The translations under genes and the position numbers were made by a program. From contig NZ_JMCB01000016.1 of NCBI RefSeq assembly GCF_000737315.1, positions 10,052-74,051 on the forward strand: 64,000 nucleotides of DNA. Direction: 5' to 3'. Source of the stretch: Hyalangium minutum (lineage in GTDB: Bacteria > Myxococcota > Myxococcia > Myxococcales > Myxococcaceae). The notes under the pieces are model-generated. The model saw only the letters and a program-made list of their open reading frames with translations. It ran no database searches and had not been told where the DNA came from. Positions 26,759-36,587 of the stretch are shown here, one piece after another; position 1 is the stretch's first letter, and each line of letters opens with the position of its first letter.

Positions 26759-29700
26759 ATGCGACAGGTCTTCAGGTGGATGATCGGGGTCCTCCTCTGC
26801 TGCGGCTGTGCGGCAGGACCGAAGCTCGGTGAGACGCAACCGGATGCCCTGCTGCTGGAGGCGCAGTCCGATTTTGACGAGGCGACGAAGCTCAAGGGGG
26901 CGGCCAGGTACTCCGAGGCCCTTGTCCAGGCCCAGCATGCGCTCACGCTCAGGGAGGCCGTCCTCGTCGCCACGCATCCAGACATCGCCAGCTGTCTGAC
27001 GCTGATGGGAGAACTGCAGGTACGGCAAGGGGAGATGGACGCTGCCGAGTCTCTGCTGAAGCGAGCACTCGCCATCCGTGAGGCCGCCCTGCGCCCGGGC
27101 CACCCGGACGTCGCCGAGCCCCTCCACCAGCTCGCCCTCCTCTACAGGCTCCAGGGGCTGTTCGACCAGGCCCGGCCGCTCTACCAGCGCGCGCTGGCCA
27201 TCCGCGAGGCCGCCCTGGGCCCGAACCACCCCGACGTCGCCCAGTCTCTCAACGGCCTCGCCGATCTCTACGAGAACCAAGGCTTGTACGGCCAGGCCGA
27301 GCCGCTCTACCAGCGCGCGCTGGCCATCCGCGAGGCCGCCCTGGACCCGAACCACCCCGACGTCGCCAGCTCGCTCAACAACCTCGCCATCCTCTACATG
27401 GACCTGGGCCTGCCCAGCCAGGCGGAGCCGCTCTACCAGCGCGCGCGGGCCATCCTGGAGGGCCGTCTGGGCAAGAGCCACCCCCACGTCGCCGTGATCC
27501 TCAGCAACCTGGGCGGCATCTACCTCCACCAGGGGTTGTACGGCCGGGCCGAGCCGATCCTCCAGCGCGCGTTGGCCATCCGCGAGTCAGTGCTCGGCGT
27601 GAACCACCCGGACGTCGCCGAGATCCTCTTCAACCTCGGCAATCTCTACAAGCGCCAGGGCTTGTACAGCCGGGCGGAGCCGCTCTACCAGCGCTCGCTC
27701 TCCATCGTGGAGAAGGTCCTGGGCCCGAGCCACCCCTTCTTCGCCAACTCGCTCAACAACCTCGCCAACCTCTACACGGTCCAGGGGTTGTACGGCCAGG
27801 CCGAGCCTCTCTACCAACGCGCGCTCTCCATCCAGGAGGCGGCCTTGGGCTCGAGCCACACCGACGTCGCCAGCTCGCTCAACAACCTCGCCAACCTCTA
27901 CACGGCCCAGGGCTTGTACGACCGGGCCGAGCCGCTCTATCAGCGCGCTCTCTCCATCCGAGAGGCGGTCCTCGGCAAGAGCCATCCCAATGTCGCGATG
28001 ACGCTCGGCAACATCGCCCTGCTGCGTGTGAAGCAGCAGCGCCTCCCCGAGGCCCTGCTGCTCTACACCCGCGCGTTGACCATCTCCGAGCAGCGTCTGC
28101 GGCACGAGGCGCTCGACTTCTCCGAATCGCGTCTGGCCACCTTCCTCCAGTACCTGCGCGACGACGAGCAGACGCTCTACTCCCTGCTGCGCGCACATTC
28201 CTCGGACGCCCGCGTGCAACGACTGGCGCTCAGCGCCTCGCTTCTGCTCAAGGGCCGCTCCGTCGAGGAGACGGCCCGGATCTCCCGCGCCCTGTACCGC
28301 ACCTTGGACTCCAAGGACCGCGAGACCTTCGAGCAGCTCCGGAGCCTGCGCACCCAGCTGGCCGCGCTCTCCTTCGAGGGGTCCGGCGGCCTCTCCCCGG
28401 AGGACTACCAGCTGCGCCTCAAGGCGCTGGCCGACGAGGGCGACGCGCTCGAAGCCGCCCTCGCCACACGCTCCGCTTCCCTGCGCGCGTTCGCTGCCCT
28501 GCCTCCCACCGCCGACATCGTCGATCGCGTCGCCGCTTCCCTTCCCAAGGACGGCGCACTGGTCGAGTTCATCGCCTATGAGGACATGTCCATCGACTTC
28601 CTCACGGGTACGCTGCCTGCGACGAGCGTCGGCCAGCCTCGCTACCTGGCGCTGGTGCTCTTCCCGGATGCGTCCACGCGGGCCTTGGACCTCGGACCCG
28701 CCGAGCGCATCGACGTGGCCGCCACGCGCCTGCGCGCCGCCCTGGCCAACCGCGATGCCTCCTTCCAGCCCCTGGCCCAGGAGCTCTACCGGCTCGCCTT
28801 CAAGCCCCTCCTGCCGCTGCTGGGCCGCACCCGCCGCCTCTGGCTATCTCCGGACGGGCAGTTGGGGTTGGTCCCTTTCGCCGCCCTCCACGATGGCCGC
28901 AGCTACCTCCTGGACTCCTTCGACTTCACCTGGCTCACCTCTGGCAGGGAGCTGCTCCCGCGTCCCCCCGGATTCTCTCCTTCCTCCTCCGTCGTCGTCC
29001 TCGCGGATCCGGACTTCACCGCCGCACCTCCCGCCACGGCCTTGGCCTCCGGCGACCTGCGTCTTTCGCCTTCCACGCGGTCCGGCGCGCTCGAGCGCTT
29101 CTTCTCCACTGTGGACCGGGCTCTGCCGGGCAGCGACTGGGTGCCTCTGCCGGGCACGCGTCAGGAGGCCCAGGGCATCCAGCGCCTCCTGCCCCAGGCG
29201 CAGCTCTTCCTCGGCCCCGAGGCCACCAAGCAGCGGCTGCTCGAGCTGCCCGCTCCGGGCATCCTTCACCTGGCCACCCACGGCTTCTTCCTGGCGGACA
29301 CCCCGGCAGTCTCCCCCGCGAACTCGCGCGCTGTGGTGCACTTTGGTGCGCTCGGAGATGATCCCCTCGCTCCCATCCCCCGGGATCCCCTGCTGCGCTC
29401 GGGGCTCGCGTTCGCGGGGGCGCGCGCCGTGGCGTCCGAGGCCTCTGCGCCTTCCGAGTCCTCGGCCCATGCGACGATCGCCACCGCGCTGGAGTTGGCG
29501 GGGCTGGATCTGTGGGGCACCCAGCTCGTCGTCCTGTCGGCGTGCGACACCGCCCGAGGCGATGTCCAACCCGGTCAGGGGGTCTACGGCCTTCGACGCG
29601 CGCTGGTGGTGGCGGGGGCCGAGACGGTGGTCATGAGCCTGTGGAAGGTGAGGGACGACTCCACCCACCTGCTCATGAGGGACTACTACCGCAACCTGTT

Positions 29701-29857
29701 GGCTGGCCAGGGGCGTGCCTCCGCCCTGCGCGAGGCCATGCGCTCGCTGAGGGCTTCCCGGCCTCACCCTCATGATTGGGCGCCCTTCATCGTCCTGGGC
29801 AGCGGCGCACCCTTGCGTGCCATCTCACCCCAGGCACCCCAGGCGCCGGGAAGATAG
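26759..29857 (+). CDS. TPR-repeat plus CHAT-domain (caspase-like) lipoprotein
   Basis: 42-aa TPR repeats (AEPLYQRALAIREAALGPNHPDVA); CHAT motifs LSPDGQL, HLATHG, LSACDT, VMSLWKV, HPHDWAPF. Confidence 0.93.
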   Translation: MRQVFRWMIGVLLCCGCAAGPKLGETQPDALLLEAQSDFDEATKLKGAARYSEALVQAQHALTLREAVLVATHPDIASCLTLMGELQVRQGEMDAAESLLKRALAIREAALRPGHPDVAEPLHQLALLYRLQGLFDQARPLYQRALAIREAALGPNHPDVAQSLNGLADLYENQGLYGQAEPLYQRALAIREAALDPNHPDVASSLNNLAILYMDLGLPSQAEPLYQRARAILEGRLGKSHPHVAVILSNLGGIYLHQGLYGRAEPILQRALAIRESVLGVNHPDVAEILFNLGNLYKRQGLYSRAEPLYQRSLSIVEKVLGPSHPFFANSLNNLANLYTVQGLYGQAEPLYQRALSIQEAALGSSHTDVASSLNNLANLYTAQGLYDRAEPLYQRALSIREAVLGKSHPNVAMTLGNIALLRVKQQRLPEALLLYTRALTISEQRLRHEALDFSESRLATFLQYLRDDEQTLYSLLRAHSSDARVQRLALSASLLLKGRSVEETARISRALYRTLDSKDRETFEQLRSLRTQLAALSFEGSGGLSPEDYQLRLKALADEGDALEAALATRSASLRAFAALPPTADIVDRVAASLPKDGALVEFIAYEDMSIDFLTGTLPATSVGQPRYLALVLFPDASTRALDLGPAERIDVAATRLRAALANRDASFQPLAQELYRLAFKPLLPLLGRTRRLWLSPDGQLGLVPFAALHDGRSYLLDSFDFTWLTSGRELLPRPPGFSPSSSVVVLADPDFTAAPPATALASGDLRLSPSTRSGALERFFSTVDRALPGSDWVPLPGTRQEAQGIQRLLPQAQLFLGPEATKQRLLELPAPGILHLATHGFFLADTPAVSPANSRAVVHFGALGDDPLAPIPRDPLLRSGLAFAGARAVASEASAPSESSAHATIATALELAGLDLWGTQLVVLSACDTARGDVQPGQGVYGLRRALVVAGAETVVMSLWKVRDDSTHLLMRDYYRNLLAGQGRASALREAMRSLRASRPHPHDWAPFIVLGSGAPLRAISPQAPQAPGR

Positions 29858-29935
29858 GCCCACGGCCGCAAAGAGCGAGGTGCCGGATTGCCAGTGAGGC
29901 ATGGGCGCCCCAGCCTTGATGCAAGGGGGTGTGCC

Positions 29936-30409
29936 ATGGCTGCACCATCGACTGCGGAGGGCCTGCTTCGGGCGCTCGAGCAGAAGGACCCGGAGGGCTT
30001 CCTGTCCTTCTTGGCCGACGACGTCGAAATGTATGCGGAGGACGACGAGCAGCCGGTTCGGGGCAAGGAGAGCCTGCGGCGCCTCTTCCAGGGAGCCATG
30101 GCGGCGATGGACGCGGTGAAGCTCGAACCGCGGGAGCTGGTGCAGGACGCCAGACACGCGGCGGTGCTAGCGGACACCCGGGTGCGGTTCGGGCGGGATT
30201 TGCCGCTGCCCGACGGCAGCAGCCTACCGCTTGCCGGGAAGGCCCTTGCCGGGCGCGTCGCGTTGTTCCTCGACCTGGACGCGAACGGCAAGGTCACCCG
30301 CATGTACCGGATGCGCGACAGGCTGAACGCCCTGCGCCAGCTCGGTATCTCCCCCGCGGAGATGGAGCGGCTCAGGAGCAGCCTTGAACCGATGCTGCAC
30401 GCCCACTGA
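29936..30409 (+). CDS. SnoaL-like / NTF2-family protein
   Basis: FLSFLADDVEMY...PVRGKESLRRLF...GKVTRMYRMRD. Confidence 0.75.
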   Translation: MAAPSTAEGLLRALEQKDPEGFLSFLADDVEMYAEDDEQPVRGKESLRRLFQGAMAAMDAVKLEPRELVQDARHAAVLADTRVRFGRDLPLPDGSSLPLAGKALAGRVALFLDLDANGKVTRMYRMRDRLNALRQLGISPAEMERLRSSLEPMLHAH

Positions 30410-30419
30410 GTGGGCCCTC

Positions 30420-30465
30420 GGCCAGGGGAGGTGACGGGGATGGGCCCCGCCACTCCCTGCTGGCC
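30420..30465. terminator. Long imperfect hairpin between convergent genes
   Basis: ggccag-gggag-gtg-cgggg pairs with ccccg-cac-tccc-ctggcc; lies between stops at 30409 (+) and 30484 (-). Confidence 0.5.
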
Positions 30466-30483
30466 GTGTTCCGCTTGAAGGGA

Positions 30484-33400
30484 TTACGGAGCGAGGAACC
30501 AGACACCAACGGTGTTGGTGGTGCAGAGGTTGGCGCCGTCATCCCGCCGGATGACGATGTACCGCTGATAGTAGCCTTCGAGGCCAGGGTAGTTGCCGAC
30601 GAGGTATGAGAGCGTGGTCTGGTCGTAGGAGAGAGAGCCGTTCTCATCCTGCACCCAATTCTTCGAGCCATACACGTAGGCCCGCGAGCTGCCGAGGGGG
30701 CCCGATGCAGAGAAACCGAAGGTTCCCGTGCCACCGCTGGGGACCGAGGTCGTGCTGACCCAGGCCGAGCACGTGACCGCGGTGCAGGATTCGTCGACGG
30801 AGCCGTTGCAGTTGTTGTCCTTCCCGTCGCACACCTCGAGAGCTCCAGAATACACATAGCGGTTGCGGTCGTCGCAATCCAACCTGTTGTAAGAGTAGCC
30901 AGCGGGCGGTGAGCATCCATACGGAGCGGGGCCAAAGACAGCCCCCGAGGTGCCGTACCCATCCCCATCCGAATCCTGGGTGAAGTACCGAGGCAGGGTG
31001 GCGTCATTGTCGTTGCAGTCACTGGAGTCGGCGACGTAGCCAGAGGGGGCGGGGCAGGCATAGGCCGTCACCGAGGGATTGCCCTTCCCATCCCCGTCCG
31101 CGTCCCGGTACCAGGTCTGGGGCGTCACACCCTCATCGATGGACCCATTGCAGTTGTTGTCCAGTCCGTCGCACAGCTCGGGGGCACCGGGCCTCACGGA
31201 GGAACGGGTGTCGTCGCAGTCCAAGGAATTGTTGGAGTAGCCCACGGGCGCGGAGCACCCATATGGAGCGGGGCCAAAAACAGCCCCCGATTTGCCGTAC
31301 CCATCCCCGTCCTGATCCGTGGCGAAGTACCGAGGCAGGGTGGCGTCACTGTCGTTGCAGTCACTGGAGTTGGCGACGTAGCCGGTCGGCGCGGAGCAGG
31401 CCTGGGCCGTCACCGAGGGGTTGCCTTTCCCGTCTCCATCCGCGTCCCGGTACCAGGCCGTGGTCATTCCCTCGTCGATGGAGCCATTGTTGTTGTTGTC
31501 CAGCCCATCACACAGCTCGGGCGCACCTGGGTACAGGGTGGGGTTGGCGTCGTTCCAGTCACCGGCAGTGGCGACGTAGCCCGCGGGCGCGGAGCAGGCC
31601 TGCACGCTCACCGCCGCATTGCCGTACCCGTCTCCATCCGCGTCCCGGTAGAACGTGCTCTGGCCCCCCGTCTCATCCGTCTGTCCGTCGCAGTCGTTAT
31701 CCTGGCCATCGCAGACCTCGGCGGAAGGCCCCCGGGTGGGAACGCACTGAATGGCTCCACTCGTGCAGTAGGTGACACCCGCGGCACACACGCCCACGCC
31801 CCCGGTCGAGCACGACACGGCGCCCCCCGGGTTCCCCTCATCCACGGCCCCCGAGCAATTGTCATCCACCCCGTTGCACGTCTCCGTGGCTCCGGGCTTC
31901 ACGTTGGGGTTGTTGTCGTTGCAGTCTCCGCCAGTGGCGATGTAGCCCGCGGGCGCGGAGCAGGCCTGCACGCTCACCGTCGTACTGCCATACCCATCCC
32001 CATCCGCATCCCGGTACCAGAGGGAGCCCACTCCCTCGTCGATGGCTCCATCGCAGTCGTCATCCACGGCACCCGAGGTGTTACACACCTCCGTGGCTCC
32101 GGGATTCACAAGCCCGTTTGCGTCGTTGCAGTCCGTGGCATCCAGCACCCGGCCCGGAGGCTGTACGCAGGCCTGGACCGAGTCTGCCGGATTTCCATAC
32201 CCATCCGCGTCGCCATCGAGATGGTAGAAGTCGCCCGCATCCTCGTCCGTCACCAGGTCGCAGTCGTTGTCCAACCCATCGCAGACCTCCGAAGCCTCGG
32301 GATTGACGAAGAAGTCGAAGTCATCGCAGTCCAGGCTGTTCTCCACGTAGTCCAGGCCGGGAGCCTGGCAACCTTCCACGGGAGAGAGCAGCTCCGCGCC
32401 ATATCCATCTGTGTCGTTGTCGAAGAAGTAGATGTTCACGAGCTGCGTCTGGGTCAGCGTCCACCGGCCGGTCAGGGTGCCGTCTCCCAGCTGCCCTTTG
32501 TCATTGGCGCCCCAGCCCCAGAATGGGCAGTCGGAGCGCAGCGCCAGCGCGTGGAAGCCTCCCGCGGAGACCGCCACCGCATCCGTCAGTCCCTGCACGG
32601 GCACCGGGCTGGTGCGCTGGGTGATGGTTCCATCCCCCAGCTGGCCCGCGGTGTTCCGTCCCCATGACCACGCTGCACCGAAGGCGTTGATGGCCAGCGA
32701 GAAGTCAGCTCCCGCGGAGATGGCGGTCACAGGTGCCGCCAGCCCCGATTGCACCGGCACTGTCTGCGGAGTGGCAGTCGTCCCAATCCCGAGCTGGCCA
32801 AAGTTGTTATTTCCCCACCCCACCACCGTCTGGTTGGACAGCAGCGCCAGCGAGTGGGTACCGCCCGCCGCAATCGCAGTGGCTCCCTGCGCCAGGCTCA
32901 CCTGGTACGGCGTCATCTGGGTGGAGATGTTTCCGTTGCCAATCTGCCCAGCGGAGTTACGGCCCCACGTCCACACACTCCCGTTGGTTCCCAGCGCCAT
33001 CGAGTGATATTGGCCCGCGGAGACAGCCCTGATGCTGACAGGCAGGTTGATCCTCACGGGCGTGGAGCGGTTCGTCGTCGTCCCATCACCCAGTTGCCCC
33101 GAGACGTTGTAGCCCCAGGCATAGACGCTGCCATCGGCCGCGACCGCCAGCGAGTGGCTGAGCCCTGCGGCGATGGCCACGGCCCCCCCTGGGATTGTCA
33201 CCGCCACGGGAGCCAGGCGCAGCGTGGTCGTTCCATCACCGAGCTGCCCGAAGGAGTTCATTCCCCAGGCCCACACCCTGCCATCCACTCCCAGCGCCAG
33301 CGAGTGGGAGTTCCCCGCAGCGATGGCCTTGATGGCAGGAAGCCCCGCCACCCGCAGCGGCGTGGAGCTGTTGGTTTGCGTCCCGTGACCCAATTGCCCG

Positions 33401-33675
33401 CTGTTGTTGAGCCCCCACGTCCACACCGAGCCGTCGAGGCGCAGCGCCAACGAGTGGCTGTTGCCCGCGGCGATGGCCTTCGTCAGCGGGCTGGGCGCGG
33501 CGGCCGTGGCCACGAAGTGCTCATCGGCCGCCTGGGCTTGCAGCCCTTGGCGCTCCTGCGACAGCACCTCGCTCTCGGGAACGGCTCCTTCCGAGAGGTC
33601 TCCCCCACAGGCTGTCACCCATAGGCACGAGAGTACTGCCCACAGCATCCACCCACCCGATTGCTGCCTCTGCAT
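30484..33675 (-). CDS. Secreted lipoprotein with RCC1 repeats and multiple putative metal-binding (MopE-like) repeats
   Basis: Lipobox VTA-C; AIAAGNSHSLAL...WTWGLNNSGQLG repeats; WYRDADGDGYG...DCND...PGA-E-CDG-DNNC repeats. Confidence 0.9.
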   Translation of the reverse strand: MQRQQSGGWMLWAVLSCLWVTACGGDLSEGAVPESEVLSQERQGLQAQAADEHFVATAAAPSPLTKAIAAGNSHSLALRLDGSVWTWGLNNSGQLGHGTQTNSSTPLRVAGLPAIKAIAAGNSHSLALGVDGRVWAWGMNSFGQLGDGTTTLRLAPVAVTIPGGAVAIAAGLSHSLAVAADGSVYAWGYNVSGQLGDGTTTNRSTPVRINLPVSIRAVSAGQYHSMALGTNGSVWTWGRNSAGQIGNGNISTQMTPYQVSLAQGATAIAAGGTHSLALLSNQTVVGWGNNNFGQLGIGTTATPQTVPVQSGLAAPVTAISAGADFSLAINAFGAAWSWGRNTAGQLGDGTITQRTSPVPVQGLTDAVAVSAGGFHALALRSDCPFWGWGANDKGQLGDGTLTGRWTLTQTQLVNIYFFDNDTDGYGAELLSPVEGCQAPGLDYVENSLDCDDFDFFVNPEASEVCDGLDNDCDLVTDEDAGDFYHLDGDADGYGNPADSVQACVQPPGRVLDATDCNDANGLVNPGATEVCNTSGAVDDDCDGAIDEGVGSLWYRDADGDGYGSTTVSVQACSAPAGYIATGGDCNDNNPNVKPGATETCNGVDDNCSGAVDEGNPGGAVSCSTGGVGVCAAGVTYCTSGAIQCVPTRGPSAEVCDGQDNDCDGQTDETGGQSTFYRDADGDGYGNAAVSVQACSAPAGYVATAGDWNDANPTLYPGAPELCDGLDNNNNGSIDEGMTTAWYRDADGDGKGNPSVTAQACSAPTGYVANSSDCNDSDATLPRYFATDQDGDGYGKSGAVFGPAPYGCSAPVGYSNNSLDCDDTRSSVRPGAPELCDGLDNNCNGSIDEGVTPQTWYRDADGDGKGNPSVTAYACPAPSGYVADSSDCNDNDATLPRYFTQDSDGDGYGTSGAVFGPAPYGCSPPAGYSYNRLDCDDRNRYVYSGALEVCDGKDNNCNGSVDESCTAVTCSAWVSTTSVPSGGTGTFGFSASGPLGSSRAYVYGSKNWVQDENGSLSYDQTTLSYLVGNYPGLEGYYQRYIVIRRDDGANLCTTNTVGVWFLAP

Positions 33676-33896
33676 GGCTCAACCTCTCCGCTTGGCGAAA
33701 ATGGCGGCGGAGACTACGGGCGGTTCACTCTTAGTAAAGTATTTGGGAGCTTGCTGGTGACAAGCGTCACCCTCCTGGTGATTGCAGTCACCGCCGGGAC
33801 GCTGGAAGCGAGCTCCCCGGAGCAGTCCTGGCCTTGAGAGATCCATGGGTTGCGGAGCCCTCTAGGGTGGCATGTGCGCTGCAGTAGGGAAGCGGC

Positions 33897-34856
33897 ATGA
33901 TCGACCTCAAGGCCACGGCCCTCTCGTATTCCAGGATGCGTCCGGACGTTGCTCAGTCCTCTCTCGTCAACCCGAAGCAACTGCTCTCGCCGGGCCCTGT
34001 TCAGGACACGGGGGCTCGGGGGCTCCAAGGCACCCTGGGCGCGCCCGCGCGGGGCCACAGCCTGGTGGATTCGTTCGAGCCCGGTGTCATCAACAAGAGA
34101 CAGCCTCCGCAGGCCTCGGGTTCTGGCATCCCGAGCGCCAACGACAAGCGGCCGCAGGGGGATAACCGGTCGGCGGCGCAGATCGTCGACGAGACCCCCG
34201 TGCTGAAGAACCTGGGCCGCCAGAAGGACATCAAGTTCGAGCAGCTGTGCAAGCAGACGGGCATCGATCCCAAGCTCGACCTGAAAGACTCGAAGCAGAA
34301 CCCCGACGCCGTGTACCGGCTGGCCAAGGTGCTGGAGCACATCGACAGCTCCAAGTCCTCCAAGGGCGGGGATCGGTCGAGCAAGGTCCAGAACGGACAG
34401 GGAGACGGCAACATCGAGGGCATCACCAAGGATGGCGATGCGCGGCACGGCACGGAGGCCGGCATGGTCAAGGACTTCGCCGAGCAGGGGTACGCCTCGC
34501 TGGGCACCGATCACCAGCTGCCGACCACGAATGACACCCACGTCAAGGAGGACGGGAGCAACAAGGACAACTTCCAGTGGTTCGCCGGGGAGGTGGGCAA
34601 GAAGCTCTGGTTCCTGCCGTTGGTCAGCAACGTGCTGACGGGGGTGGGCAACTCGGAGGGGGGCTTCAAGGGAGTCCTCGAGGGTGCCGCGACCGGTTAC
34701 CTCAACACCGTGAAGGGAGCCGCGGAGGGCATCATCGGGTCCATCACGAAGGGCCGCCCCAACCCGGCCTCGATGATCTTTGGAGGCGTCATGGGCGCGC
34801 TGGGCAACACCGAGGCCGCTCCGAAACCGGTAAAGGATCTCGCCAAGCTGTTCTGA
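33897..34856 (+). CDS. HrpF/NolX/PopF-like protein (type III translocator C-terminal region-like)
   Basis: DAVYRLAKVLEHIDS...GDGNIEGITKDGDARHGTEAGMVKDFAEQGY...TNDTHVKEDGSNKDNFQW recalls the HrpF/NolX family from memory. Ser/Pro/Gln-rich N-terminus; Gly-rich hydrophobic C-terminus. Confidence 0.6.
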   Translation: MIDLKATALSYSRMRPDVAQSSLVNPKQLLSPGPVQDTGARGLQGTLGAPARGHSLVDSFEPGVINKRQPPQASGSGIPSANDKRPQGDNRSAAQIVDETPVLKNLGRQKDIKFEQLCKQTGIDPKLDLKDSKQNPDAVYRLAKVLEHIDSSKSSKGGDRSSKVQNGQGDGNIEGITKDGDARHGTEAGMVKDFAEQGYASLGTDHQLPTTNDTHVKEDGSNKDNFQWFAGEVGKKLWFLPLVSNVLTGVGNSEGGFKGVLEGAATGYLNTVKGAAEGIIGSITKGRPNPASMIFGGVMGALGNTEAAPKPVKDLAKLF

Positions 34857-34920
34857 TGCTTTCTCGCTTGCGGCGGCTCGGAGTGTCCCGGCAGGCTTTG
34901 CCCTCCTGAAAGGACACTCC

Positions 34921-36585
34921 ATGCACGCCTCGCTGCGCCGCACGGTCATCGGACTCGTCGGCTTCATGGCGGCGCTTCCGGCCCTTGCCGCCACGCCCTT
35001 GCCCGTTCGCATCAACCCGGCCCGCATCGACGCGGTGTTCAAGGACTACAACAGCCCTTCGAACCCTGGCTGTGCCCTTGGCATCTACCAGGACGGCCGG
35101 ATCCTCTACTCCCGGGGCTACGGCATGGCCGACCTGAACCAGGCCACGCCCATCACCCCCACGACCCTGTTCGACGTCGGCTCGGTCTCCAAGCAGTTCA
35201 CCGCCGCGAGCGTCGTGCTGTTGGCCCACGAGGGGAAGCTCGCGCTCACGGATGACATCCGGAAGTACCTGCCCGAAATCCCGGACTACGGGACGCCCAT
35301 CACCCTCGACCACCTGCTCCACCACACGAGCGGGCTGCGCGACTACAACCAGCTCCTCTTCTTCAAGGGCTATCACTACGAGGACGTCACGGACGATGAC
35401 GACGCCCTGGAGGTCATCGCCCGCCAGCGGGGCCTGCGGTTCAGGCCAGGAACGCGTTTCGAGTACAGCAACACCGGCTACTTCCTGGCGGCGCTCATCG
35501 TGAAGCGCGTTACCGGCAAGCCCCTGTCCGAGTTCGCCAAGGAGCGGCTCTTCCAGCCCCTCGGCATGACCCGGAGCCACTTCCGCGACGACCACACGGC
35601 CATCCTGCCCGGCCGCGCCACGGCCTACGCCCCTTCGGGGAAGGAGGGCTATCAGCTCGACATGTCGAACTGGAACCAGCTGGGGGACGGGCAGGTCCAG
35701 ACCAACGTCACCGAGCTGGTCAAATGGGAGGAGAACTTCTACAGCGCTCGCGTGGGAGGGCGTGCCCTCATCGACGCGCTGCAGGAGCGGGGTGCGCTGG
35801 ACACGGGAGGCAGCACTTCTTACGGCCGGGGGCTCTTCCTGGACTCCTACCGCGGCGTGCAGCGCATCCATCATTCCGGGGGATGGGCGGGCTATCGCGC
35901 ACTGCTGCTGCGCTTCCCCGCGCAGCGCGTCTCCATCGCCGTCCTCTGCAACCGGGGGGATGCGCGGCCGGACCTCGCCGAGAACGTGGCGGACGTCGTC
36001 CTGGGCGACGTCTTCCGAGCGGCCGAGCCGCGGCAGGAGGCGAAGGCTCCCGCGCCCGTCACGTCGAGCGCGCCGGAGACCCCCACGGGGGACGTCGGCC
36101 GGTATGCGGGGCTCTATTACGATGAGGTTGCGCAGCGCACGGTGCCCATCCTTCAGCAGAGCAACCAGCTCTTGTTCCGCTACAGGGGGAGCAACCGTCC
36201 CCTGCGGTCAGTGGGTGGCGAGCGCTTCGAGATGGAAGGCACCCCGCTCAGGTTCGCCTTCGCGGACGGGCAGCTGACGCTGTCGCGCGGTGAGGAGACG
36301 GTGGGGGTTCTCAAGCGGGTGCAGCCGGCCACGCTCGCGGACGGCGACTGGAAGCCGCTGGTGGGGACGTATTACAGCCCCGAGCTGGAGACCACCTGGC
36401 GCATCGAGCTGAAGGACGGGAAGGCCGTGCTGAAAGGGCGGGCCGTGGGGACCCATCCGCTCGAGCCCGCCTTCGCCGATGCGTTCACCACGGCCCCCGG
36501 CCTCCTGCGCTTGACCCGGGATGGAGCCGGGCGGCTGACGGGCTTCGTCTTCAGCGACCTGCAGTTCGAGCGCAAGGAGCCGTAG
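34921..36585 (+). CDS. Secreted serine hydrolase (class C beta-lactamase-like)
   Basis: Signal peptide, GSVSKQF (SxxK), LLHHTSG, FEYSNTGY (YxN), HHSGG. Confidence 0.92.
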   Translation: MHASLRRTVIGLVGFMAALPALAATPLPVRINPARIDAVFKDYNSPSNPGCALGIYQDGRILYSRGYGMADLNQATPITPTTLFDVGSVSKQFTAASVVLLAHEGKLALTDDIRKYLPEIPDYGTPITLDHLLHHTSGLRDYNQLLFFKGYHYEDVTDDDDALEVIARQRGLRFRPGTRFEYSNTGYFLAALIVKRVTGKPLSEFAKERLFQPLGMTRSHFRDDHTAILPGRATAYAPSGKEGYQLDMSNWNQLGDGQVQTNVTELVKWEENFYSARVGGRALIDALQERGALDTGGSTSYGRGLFLDSYRGVQRIHHSGGWAGYRALLLRFPAQRVSIAVLCNRGDARPDLAENVADVVLGDVFRAAEPRQEAKAPAPVTSSAPETPTGDVGRYAGLYYDEVAQRTVPILQQSNQLLFRYRGSNRPLRSVGGERFEMEGTPLRFAFADGQLTLSRGEETVGVLKRVQPATLADGDWKPLVGTYYSPELETTWRIELKDGKAVLKGRAVGTHPLEPAFADAFTTAPGLLRLTRDGAGRLTGFVFSDLQFERKEP

Positions 36586-36587
36586 CA

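Noticed and set aside
27078-28020. Regular ~126-bp DNA repeats as a CRISPR-like array
   Set aside because: They are in-frame 42-aa TPR coding repeats with no unique spacers.
34921-36585. Bona fide antibiotic-resistance beta-lactamase
   Set aside because: The motifs and C-terminal extension fit the broad serine-hydrolase/peptidase family; resistance cannot be inferred.
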